Assembly (NCBI GenBank): GCA_003971905.1
Contig: RSEE01000017.1
Span: 434,001-498,000 of the forward strand
Origin: Moniliella sp. 'wahieum'
Taxonomy: Eukaryota
DNA: 64,000 nucleotides
Reading direction: 5' to 3'
Position 1 is the first letter of the stretch. Each line of letters starts with the position of its first letter. Shown piece after piece: positions 25,821 through 38,646 of this stretch. Below the pieces are notes generated by a model. That model searched no databases. It worked only from the letters and a program-made list of their open reading frames with translations, and was not told where the DNA came from. The position numbers were made by a program, and so were the translations under genes.

Positions 25821-28800
25821 TCAGAGCGTGCATACTGAGCCACAATCAAACACGAGCCAGTGGGGGAAGGTGATAGGGACGGCAATCAGGGCGGCAAGCA
25901 AGCATAGCCCAAGAAGAAGAGCAGCCCGTAGCGCAACAGAATCCAGCGACGCTCCTTTCTCTGTCGAGAGAGAAAATGGGCTTGTGCAGGTCCCGGCCCG
26001 GACGAAGCCAGAAAAGCATCATTGAATGGAAGCGGTCCATGAAAGGCACGAGCATTGGAATAGCCAACACGTAAAGGATAATGTGGCATGCGGCAAGTTG
26101 TAAATTCGCAGGGAAGAAGGACAAAAATGACAGTGTTTGGCATTACTCAACAGTTAGTACTCTGTGACAAAAAGCAGGGGGGGGGGGCCTGCGTACAAGA
26201 CAAAGTCGGCCGAAAGTACTCATTCAATGATTTTGACCACAAACTCACGAAGTGGCTGGGAGAAGGCGTGAGACCCGAGACCGCGTCCGTACCAGCGTCC
26301 TGTCCACCATGCACGGTTGGTTTCGTGTGTTTCATCTCACGGGAGAGAACGAGGGCGACGAGGGCCTTCATTATGGCCCGCTGAATCGCCATGACAGCAA
26401 TTAGGCCCAGGAGGCATGCGAAGGCGACCAGCGTTCAATCACCAACAGCAGCTAAACGCACCGATCATACCCAGCACTGCAAATAGATGGGCAATGATGG
26501 CCATGACCGACCCAACCCGTCCACAGTGCTGGCTCAGTGCAGTGCCAAGAGGATGGAAATGGCAAAACAGATCAAAAGCACTGCCGCGTTGAGCGCAATG
26601 GACCAAGTGAAAGAATAGCGATCCGCACAATGGCCCCCGCGGGTGGGTCAGAAGCACGATGGAATGACTTGACAACGCATACGACCCACAAGATGACAGC
26701 CATCGCAATTGGCGAGAGGCATTCGGCAAAGATGATCGTCCTCCACCCGGCTCGGGGAACGTCGCCAGCCAGTTTTTCCGAAGGGTGTCCAAGCCTCTTT
26801 TTTGTACCCCGTCACCTTGATTCGGCTCAGACGGCAATAGCCAACCCATGAGTTGCGTGTGAGCGGGAGTTTCCGCGTGACATCCATTGCAGAAATTCGC
26901 GATAGTCCACCAAAGTCGGGGAAGGAAAACTGGTGGGGATTGAAGAGGAAGGGAGCGACACAGAGCGAGACGCATGTGATCCAAAATAGATCAAGTGGTA
27001 AAACCACACGGTAAAAGTTGCATACAGAAGCAGAAGCACCAACCTCGACCCAGAGTAGATCGACGGACCAGCAAAGCGGCTGAAGAGCAGAGCAAAACTC
27101 TGCCGACTGGTGGCAAACCCACGACCCGTGGCAATGTACCGTGCGCCCCCGAAGGTCAGGTTGGACAGGAGTGAGTTGGCGTAAATCATGGTGCTAAACA
27201 CTTCAAACACGGGGCTAAGCGAGAGGATCTGACGCGCGAGGCGGAAGACGGCCGATATGGCGCCCCGCTCGCACAGCTCCTGCATGAACAAAGGAAGAAA
27301 GGAAATGGCAAACACGAGAAAAATCGAAATGACCGTTCGTTTCAACCAAGAGAACACCGGGTTAAGGTAGTAGCATCCCGAAGTGCCAACGATGAAATTG
27401 TCGTGGGTCGTCTCACACACTTGCAGCGACGAGTTGAGGGTCCCCACAAACATAAGCGTCAGCATAAAGAGCTGCACCGACATGATGACGATCACGTTGT
27501 TTAGTTGAAACCCAGGATGTCCGTAGTAAAACGTGAGGAACCGGTCCATCGGCAATTGGGTACCCAAATAGTAGTAGTCGCGCGACAGCAGTTGTTCCCC
27601 CATTCCGTTGCCAAGTTTGGTGGTGAAGTTGAGGATTGTACCGAACCCAAGGTCGCGTCCCTTGCCGCACTGGTAGTATTCGCAGTGCTTGATCCTACCT
27701 CCTCGTGAAAAGGCCATAATCCCAGCGTAGATATCCTCGTTGAGATGAAGTCCCTTCGTGCCTTGGATACGCCCCCACGCGTGTTCATAAAGATGGCACT
27801 GAGAAAATCCGGGTGACCATAATGGAGTTTGCCGCCAATGTTGGCTAGGCCACGACCGTTGAGCGTCCCAAAGGTCTGTTCCTTTCCGGCCGCGTTATCC
27901 CCCAAGATGCCAATATTCTCCGAGAAGATGTACTCCCGAGCACCGACGATTGCCACTGGAGCCTTGCTATGCTCGTCATAGTTCTTCCCATAGGGATTGG
28001 CGTTTGAGACGGTGAACGATTCAAACTCACCGAGAACAGAGCGGATCTTGAGGCACTCCTCCAGGTAGTTGTCTTGATTGGCGTCAATGAGTTGCACATA
28101 CTCACCCCGGATAAATACCACTGCATGGTTCTGGTTGTCTGACTTGCCATCGCCCAGAATTGGATTTCCCGGTAGCTCAATGCGGAACTTAGCCCGGCGC
28201 TTTCCATTGGGAAGGATTTCCGAATGCCCATCGACCAACACCGAGAACCAGTGGGACTCGCCTCCCTGCTTCCGGGGAGGCTGCTCTTCGAGAAAGGCAA
28301 TTTGGAGGTCGGGGTAGGCGCGAAGAAGGAACTCTGAATTTTCGTGCTCTTCCTTGTTGAACTTGGCGTAGCGCTGCATGGAGACAACATACTTGAACTT
28401 GCGCCGGCCCATTCGCTCCAGCTCCCGCTCAAGCTTCTCCGGGTTGCCCCCCAACAGTTGGACCACCTCGGGGTTTTCCACCCGATACAACAGCTTTATA
28501 GCTTTGGCATAGTTCATGAAGCCCGAGACGGTGGCGATACAGAGTTTGGGCTCTAAGGGAGGCCCAAATGCGGGTGCGGAGTGGGTACTCAGGCGAAGAG
28601 GATTTGAATCCGATGAAGTTGAAGGGAAGGTCATCCGTTTTGCTCTGTTGGCTTGTATTCTCTCCCTGCTGGGCATAGGGGTCGGACGTTTTCCCCTCGG
28701 ATTCTTCGGCTAAAATACGGGTATCCTTGACAAAGTTTTCCCACTCAAGAGGGTGGAGCTCCTTAAGGTACTGATGAAGTGTCACACGTGTGTTCTGGTC

Positions 28801-31334
28801 TTCTTCCCGGATAATCTCGCGGAGCGAGAGTAGGATCTTCTCCGAGTAATGTGGTGTTAGAACTGTAAATGTAGGCATGGCGTCTACCGGAAGCGTCTCC
28901 GGTAAGTCCATCGTTAAAGACTGAGCAAAGAAGCTGATCCGCCGCTCTGCCTCCGAACCACGAGGAAAAAACTGAGACCGTGAACCTCCGCCTTTTCCTT
29001 GCATGATGAAGAACAGCGGGGCCCGTAGGATGCGTTTGGTTCCGTCGGCCGAGGCAAGTTCGTGGTAGAGCAAGTTTTGAACATGGTCAATGGAGAGTAA
29101 ATGCTCGCGATACATGGCATGACGATCGCATTCCACACCTGGGACACGAGCACCTTTGGTTTGTATTTAAAGTCCATATCATCCGTGGCCAGGAGCTTGG
29201 CGTAGATCCGTCTCGGCACACGCTGGAACATATCTCTCCAAGGGGTCCAAATCGAAATGCCGGATCGGAAGGCCCATCCAATGCTGAATGTTGTGTTCCA
29301 AATGACGTACCACAGGTATGAGTCGAGGAAGAAGAGGCACAGATCGAGGACGAACATGGCAGCCAAAGTGAACGCCGGTTGGTTTTTACACAGGTTGTGA
29401 CCAAAGTACTTGTCCTCGCAGCTTTGCACCGTCATGTTGACCATGATGGCCAGCGGGTCACGGAAGGAGAGGGTGAGGAAAAAATAGGATTCCGTCAATT
29501 TGCACCCAAAGACGAGGAACCATAATGCACAGCTAACCACGCGCGCTTCCATGGCAGCGGTGGGTATGAGGCAGTGAACGTCTGGCTGGCAAGATACTTG
29601 CGAGATCTGCTTCCCACCCGATCGCCGAACATGCGGCCGCTTGGGATGATACCAAAATGATCGTAACACATGCTGAAAAGGCAATTCCGACGTAAGCTAC
29701 AATCTGCGAGGGTGTTCCATGTGCGTTCCATCCAAAAACGTAGATCGCAGGGCACATCGATAAGCCCAACGCAAACCCAAGAAAAATGAGCCGGCGAACG
29801 AGGAGCATCAGGTTGTTCCATGTTGCGTTGAGGTACGATGCCTCTGCCAGGGTGGCGAGAATCATAATGAATGCCGATACCGAGCCACCTAGGGCTGCCG
29901 CCGACAGCTTCTGCTCAATTGTGGGAGTACCCTGAGTGTAAATCTTTGGGGCATTGGGCCTTCCGATAGGGTGAAGTCAGTACGGCATCATTCTTCCCTA
30001 ACAACCTCACACAGGAGAACTTACGCAACAAAGTACCAAAAGGAAGAAATATGGAGGATCCAAATGCGTGTTGAAGTTGACAAGGAGATGAACGATGGTG
30101 CGTTTTTTTGTAGGTCTTGACAAACACCTTGTGCCATTGAACTTGTCCAACTTCAGGAAGCGCTGGGCTGCAGGAGTGTCCACGAGTCGAGTCCCATCTT
30201 GAAGAACGATACGAGAGAGCCGTGCGGGTACAAAAGAGCTGGTTGACATCGTCATAGCCCACGATGTTCTCATGATCGCGTTCCCGCTTGACAAACTTGC
30301 CGTCCACAATTTCGAAGATCTGGTCGCGCAGGTACCGGTAAATTGGGCGGATCACAGCCCGAAGATATAGGCCCTCGGGCACTGGGTCCATTCGGTTTTG
30401 GCATTCTCTGGCGATAGTAGTCATCGGCACACTTGAAAATGAAGCAGAGACCACTCGGGTGTCAGGCGCACCTGCCCCGCTTCCCCCCAGCAGAGTAACC
30501 AAAGTGCGATTTGACGGAGACGATCGTAATCATTCATTCGGTTCATCGCGTCGCGCCACCGAATTTGGGCACTCTGCAGCGACTTGACGTTGGCGCTAAT
30601 CAATGCGCTTGTCCGGCTGATTGTCTTGCCGTCCGCGCCATGAGGGGAGCGGGCGGCCGACGGCCGACGGTGTAGGGAGGCGGCCCGTGTCGCGATACCA
30701 GGATTCTGCACTCGTCCAATGGCGTCATCGAGGTCAGCTGGGCGGCAAAGTACCACTTGCGGTAGTTGCTGTTCTCGCCTCCAATGTAGTCGGCGTGGAG
30801 GGTGGCCAACGCCATTGTGGGCGTCATTCGGCTGGCGCGGCTGTCGAGCAGAATCATCAGGTGGTCGTACATGTTACGCATCGAGTCCTTCTGGAAACCG
30901 AACTTGGCAGTGAGGTCGATGAAGATGTCTTCAATCTCTTCCTTGGATAGGGGGATTTCATGTTCGACGGCCCATGCCGGGTAAGGATCGCGCTGACGCA
31001 AAGGGGGAGCGGAGGCGCTGTTTGGGTCGGGATAGGTTGCCTGGGTGGGATCAGGCACACTGTAGCCACTGGCCGCGTAGCTAGCTACCGCGATGCTTGG
31101 TGTCCAGCGAGGGAGAAGGGCGGCCAGCACTGCTGCCAAGGTCGTAGGATATGCTGCTCGATGCCGATGTGCGGCGCTGAGATAGGAGGGGGACTTGCAG
31201 ACGGATGATGAGCAAGGAGCTCCGTGGCAGGCCCATCGGCGTTGGCTGGAAGAGCTGCTGCTGTTGTTGAGGCTGTCGATCCCAACGGCGAGGGGAGCCA
31301 CCCCGCGTGCGGAGGAGGGCGGGGCAGGGGGCAT
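25821..31334 (-). CDS. FKS1: 1,3-beta-glucan synthase catalytic subunit (GT48)
   Basis: [118 protein letters not shown]. Ends ...CGSVCTL* at 25821. Short introns near 29960-30030 and 26090-26160. Confidence 0.97.
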
Positions 31335-32168
31335 GGAGGGATCAAACACGGATGGTGGTGGGGAGGGGCGAGGAAGAGGCAGCTTATAGCAGATCTAAAA
31401 GGCAGCAGCCATATCGCCCGTCGTTTTTCTATACTATACTGTTGGGCATCAATGAGTGATCGAGCCCGTGTCGGAGAGCCAGGAGCGCACATGTGCCCCG
31501 GCGCGTCGGCTGCGTCTATTTATTGAAGACGCATGATAAGGCACACGAGAGGGGCAGTCCTGTGGCGCTTCCCCCGAGACGAGGGCTGGGACGCAGACTC
31601 GCAGCCGTCTGCCGAAAGGGTGGATGGGGCGCAATGCCAAAGGGGCTGTCGAACTGTATTCCTCGAGTATGCCTCCCCGCAGGGTGCGCAGCTGGGCGCG
31701 CGCCGCGCCCACGCAAAGAGCAGGACGCCCTGGCCGTCAGGCCTCAGGATGCATGAGTTGGCCACTGCCCTCCTGCCGCTGTGGTCCTACCAAGGGTGCA
31801 AGGGTGCAAGTTTGAAGTGCACTCGAACGTTTCAAATGCCTCGCGCCCCGAAGATCCTCCCTCCTTCCTTCGGCAGGCCGGGGCAGCACACACACGCGAG
31901 CCCGATGCTGCCTGGCCACCACAACACTCATGCTCTTCCCGCTGCCCCGGGCTGGCATGCGTGTGGCAATTGGTGGGTGGAGTGCCATGCCCCCCGCTCG
32001 CACCTCCCTCTCGACCGTGGCTCTCTGCCCCCCTGCGCCGCCCACTGCCTTCCGTTGCCCCCGTCCCATTCCAGCCGCCTGCATGCTCCTTCTTCAGCTC
32101 CCCCCCCCCGTACGTCCTCCCTCCTTCGCCTGACCCCCAGCACACCGGCCCGACCAACGAGGCCCTGG

Positions 32169-32862
32169 ATGTCTCCACCTCCTCCCGCCTCGATCAGAAG
32201 GACCCGAGAAACAGACCCCACGACGTCCAACCCCGGCGCTTCTTCTGCTCTGGCCCAAGGACAACAACAAACGGAAAAGAAAAAGAAAAAGGCTGCCAAG
32301 CCACCCGCTACATCGCTCCGCCCTCTCCCTTCCTCTATCGATCTTCGTGTGGGCAAAATTGTCGACGTCCAACGCCACCCAAACGCCGACTCACTCTACT
32401 TGGAGACGATTGACTTTGGCGAAGAAGAGCCGCGCACTGTACTCAGTGGGCTGGTCAAGTACGTCCCGATCGAAGCGCTGAAGGATCGGATGGTGGTTGG
32501 AGTTTGCAACCTCAAGCCAGTGTCGATGCGTGGGATCAAGAGTTATGGGATGCTGTTGTGTGCCAGCTCCCAAACCGGGCCGGAGGAGGGGGTAGAACCT
32601 GTCCTTCCTCCCCCAGGCTCCGTCCCTGGCGACCGGGTGTATGTCGAGGGGTACCAAGGTCCTGCCCCCCGAAGCCCAGCTCAACCCCAAAAGAAGATTT
32701 TCGAGTCGATCCAGCCCCACTATCTCACCACCAGCGATAAGATCTGCCTGGAAGGGGATTGGGCCCGACGAGGACCCAGCCAGTGCCGAGCCTACGGTTC
32801 GCATCCTCCGCAGCGACAAGGGCCTGTACACGGCCACGTTTGCTGGCGCCACCCTGTCATAA
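32169..32862 (+). CDS. Stand-alone tRNA-binding OB-fold protein (Arc1p C-domain/EMAP-II/Trbp111-like) with Lys-rich leader
   Basis: EKKKKKAAK...IDLRVGKIVDVQRHPNADSLYLETIDFGEEEPRTVLSGLVKYVP...CNLKPVSMRGIKSYGMLLCAS...PPPGSVPGDRV...LNPKKKIFESIQP. Start uncertain. Confidence 0.88.
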
Positions 32863-33265
32863 AAGCTCAAATGCCCCCCTCCCCCCTATTGACCATGTAT
32901 CGGAGTCACGATGCCGTGCTCCCCATCCGAGGTCTTGGTGTGAACTGAAGCGGCCAGCACCAAGCACAGAGGCTATAGTAGGAGGCCATAGAACTCAGAT
33001 TCAGAAGCTCAAGAATCCCAGACAGACAATCGATAATCGAGAATTGGTCAGCTGACGTCATAGACGCGAAAGCGGGCACCGAGTCGATGGCGCACGGGCC
33101 AGTTGTTGCCAGGCAGGAGTGTGAGCCAGCAAGAAGGCACCCCAGCACCCAGCACCAAGCCCGGAGAAAGCCCCGGTTCGTTCTTTCCCGCTTCTTGACC
33201 TTGCTTGTTGCCCCTCCCCCGGGTCTTGTCGTTTCTTTCCGTGCCCCCACCTTCCTCTGTACACC

Positions 33266-33697
33266 ATGTCCTGGCACGCCGAAACGGAGAGCAAGTTCCC
33301 TGGCAGCACGGCCGAAGATCTGGGTGAAACCAACCGGGGCCCGGGCGTGTCCGCCCTGAATCCGGCTGGGGTGTTTCCCGAGTCGGGCTTGACTGCCGAC
33401 CCTGAGGCGGCGGCGCGCAAGGCTCCCCATGGCGCCACGATTGCAACGGCGCTAGAGAACCCGTATGAGTTGGAACAGGTGCTGATGCGTCTGCACAGCG
33501 CGATTACGGACGCCTTGGATATTTTCCAGGCTGAAGGCCGCGAGTGAGTCGACCAACGACGGAACAAAGAAAGCGTACGTTTCGCTCCGTGCCAAATGTG
33601 CGACAGAGGAATCTAACCCCTCGACTCGCTTCCCAGACTCGATCTCTTCTCGCACTGGAAGAAGAATGTGGAAGACATCCAGTCGGGACGTCTGTAA
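33266..33697 (+). CDS. Small two-exon protein of unknown function (~112 aa)
   Basis: Clean exon 1 (MSWHAETESKF...DIFQAEGR), intron 33544-33636 (GTGAGT...CTAAC...CCCAG), in-frame exon 2 ELDLFSHWKKNVEDIQSGRL*. Confidence 0.7.
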
Positions 33698-34385
33698 TGA
33701 CGAGCGCAACGAGACGCTGCCCAAACCTCAGTCCTTGAAGCCATATCTCTATTTGCAATCTACTGTGCTGATGATTTGAACGTTGGCGCCGGGCATGGTG
33801 CGATTGCAGGCAGGCCTCTCTAGGACAGCTCTTGCCCACATGTTGTGCAATCTGAAGTGGGAGCTCCAGTGGGATCCTCATCCTAGCAGGTGAGGCTCTC
33901 GCCCTGGAGAATACCAAGTTGTTATCGCTCTGTAGGCAAAAGGGACATTGCAGGCAGCGCAGTCTGTCGATCTCGTGCATGGTACAATGGGCTGGTGAGG
34001 GTGGCATTGGAAAGGGGAACGATGTCGAAGCAAAGAACTACTAGTGGGTGTGACGAACGGGAAGGAAGCTTGCCTGGTACATGAAGGACGGGTGCTGTGG
34101 CCCCAGGCTTCCCGTCGAATCGGCCAAGCATTCAGGAAGGCGCAGGAGGCCGTGAGGAAGGAGGAGCGACGCGTAGCTCAAAAACGGCCATACGCCACCG
34201 CGCCATGCTTCTAAGCACGGTGCCACAATACAGTCGACAAGCATTGTCCAACGTTGGGGCGAGCAGGTGAAGAGGAAAATGGCAGGGAGCGACATGGGTA
34301 CAAGGCGACATGTGTTGCCCAGTCAACAGGGCAAGCCAAGGTGCCAGTTGCCCCGAGAAACTGGGAGGTGGCGCCGCGCACCATG

Positions 34386-35742
34386 TTAATCCAATGACGC
34401 GCGTAAGCTTTCGGGAGGGATGGGCTTAAAGTTGTGCACGTCGATCCCCCGCGCCCTGAGAATCGCCTCTGCATGGGCAGGGACGAGTTTGGGAATCAAG
34501 TCGGGAGAAACAGAGAGTTCCTCGCGTGTAAAGTCAAACAGCTCCGGGAACGGCCGGCCATTGGGGAGCAAGTGGGACGCTTGCCCCTCAGGCGGGGTTG
34601 GCGCAGTTCATCAAAGTATCGGTGAGCCAGCGCTTCAGTCGCGCGTCAACCGAGCGGTAGGAGTGTAGTCCAATAAATGAGAGATCAGATCAATGGCGTC
34701 GGGATCGGTGCGGGGACGGAAGACCTTGTTAAACGGATGTGGGCGAATCTGAGGGAACTTGTGCTCCATGTAATTCTTGTTCATTTGCTTGATTTGCTCT
34801 CGTGTCGGTGTGCCAAGGATCTTGATGATCTCGACCAGTTGTCAATCCCACTCTCACCTGGGAAGAAGGGGTGGCCCTGCATCAGCTCCGCCATAACACA
34901 TCCAGCCGACCAAATGTCTGTAGCAGGCGAAGGAGGTTAGCGCCCAAATAGAACAGACATGGCAGGGGACGTACCGATGCTAGTCGTGTAATTGGTAGCA
35001 CCAAAGATGAGCTCGGGAGCGCGGTAGTAGCGGGAGCAAATGTACGACACGTTGGGCTCTCCCGGTACGAGGATCTTGGCTGAGCCGAAATCACAGAGTT
35101 GAGCACGCCTGCCTGAGCATTGAGCAGTAAGTTCTGCGGCTTAATGTCCCGATGGCAAATGCCAATCGAATGAATGTAGGCCAGAGAGCGGAAGAGCTGG
35201 TACATGTAGAGTTTGATGAGGATGGGCGGCATGTTCTGCTTGGCCTTAACATAGTTGCGCAACGACCAATAAATGGTTTCGGGCACATACTCCATCACCA
35301 GATTCAAATACACTTCATCCTTCTGTCAGGGATGGAAATGAGGGTATGTGTGGAGACGGGGGGGGGTTAGGGGGGTTAGATGAACGCAACAGCAGACCAG
35401 CCAAAAACATAGCCACGAAAGTACATACCTTGCTTCCATTCGAGTAGAAAAATGCACGCAATGCACACACGTTGGGGTGGTCAATGATGCGCATGATCTG
35501 GAGCTCACGGTTCTTGAAGCGCTTGTCCTGGAGGACCTTCTTGATGGCAATCTCGTTGTGATCGTCAGGACCAGCCTTGGGCTCCATGCCAGATACTAGC
35601 TTGGCCTGGAAGACGACACCGAAGGAGCCGTTGCCGATGAGCTTGCATGAGTGGTAGCCAATCTCGGTAGGCTCACCAGACTTGCCGTCGACGCGAGGAC
35701 CTTGATGACCTCGTCAGCGGCTGGGGGCAAGACGCTGGACAT
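34386..35742 (-). CDS. GSK3: Glycogen synthase kinase 3 family Ser/Thr kinase
   Basis: [92 protein letters not shown]. Introns ~35322-35429 and ~34920-34973. Confidence 0.96.
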
Positions 35743-36594
35743 GGTGGAGGGGGGAGCACAACATATCGAGGGTGGTGGTGGAGACGAGTGACTAGTGTAG
35801 TGACGGGGCGCGGCGACAGGTTGCATGTGACCAATGACAAGTGGCAAGCGGAGGCTGGCCATTCGCGAGCTGCTGCAGGTGGCCTGCGCCGCAGTCCCTC
35901 CTGGGCTCTGTTGCGGCGTGGTGCAGCCGGTTGCCCACCAGCGCACTGGTGTTAAGTCAAGCTTCAAGCAGCCAACTATCAACGTTCACTGAACGTTCAA
36001 ACTCAGAGCCTGCAAGCTGCAAGGACGCGTTGCCTTCTGGCTGAGTCTCGAGTCTCGTACTGAGCAACTGGTTGGCACGAGCCAACGTCTGGCGAAACCC
36101 GGATCCCTCCCCCCCACTGCGCCTATGTCTGCTCTGCTCTGACGCCATGCCAGGGACTAGCTATCCTAGCCCCCTCTGGCCTCCTGCCCCCTCCTCCTGA
36201 ACAATTTGCGGGGGTTGTTGGCTTTCGGAAGCATGAATCACCCATCCCTGATGGGCTGTTCCAACAAGATGCATAAAGCTTGAAGGGCTGCCGGTTTGGT
36301 TACCCGTACGGCGAAACCCTAGAGCACGCTGGCTTGCGCGCTCACGCCGTTTGCCACCGCCTCACTACTCTCAGCCTTTCCCAGGGGTTCAAACGCGGTT
36401 ACACACAGTGTTACGCCCTACACCCTTGGCCTTACCACCCTGCCCTCGGTGGTCGTAGTCTGAGGCTCGCAGTATGTAGACACTTTCCAGAATCGGGCTA
36501 GGACGAGAGGCTCAGAGATTCGTTCAGTTTGTGGGAGCAGGTGTTGTATTTGTGAAACGAATATATGCAAGTGCAACAAATGACCCCAAAAGAA

Positions 36595-36694
36595 TGCTTC
36601 GTGCCAGGCTCGAACTGGCGACCTCAGGATGACGTGGCTTTCCACTCATACAAACGTATGAGACCTGCGCGCTAGCCAACTGCGCCAACGAAGC
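36595..36694 (-). tRNA. Elongator tRNA-Met(CAT) with 26-nt intron
   Basis: Reverse complement: GCTTCGT/ACGAAGC acceptor (G1:C72), GCGC D stem, CAGGT CT CAT A[intron]A TCCTG with U31:U39 as in eukaryotic elongator Met, T loop TTCGAGC. Confidence 0.92.
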
Positions 36695-36986
36695 TACCTG
36701 CTGGGTGAGCGGTGTGCGTAATCAGTTCCTTCGAAGAAACGCATGGTCTTGAAGCTTATCTCTCGTTCATCTCTCGGTCGACTCGGCGTAACTCAGTGTA
36801 CTCAGTTTCCCATTCAAATTGATCCTTCCCACATCCTTCCCACAATACAAACCCTGCGATGGTTTGATGATGAAGATGAATAACGAGGACAAAAAAGATG
36901 AAGGAGAGATCTTGGACCACCTGGAGCCTGGTTTTGCCCATTTGGCGGGCGGGCATCCATGTTAAGGGGGAGGGCCGAGATACATC

Positions 36987-38646
<1,660 letters not shown>

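Noticed and set aside
31533..32168. N-terminal 210 aa of the 471-aa ORF as a novel domain fused to the tRNA-binding fold
   Set aside because: Reads through the GC-rich divergent promoter shared with FKS1; composition is not protein-like.
35358..35380. Telomere-like GGGGGTTAG x2
   Set aside because: Lies in a GSK3 intron and is the reverse complement of a duplicated CTAAC branch point plus C-tract; only two units.
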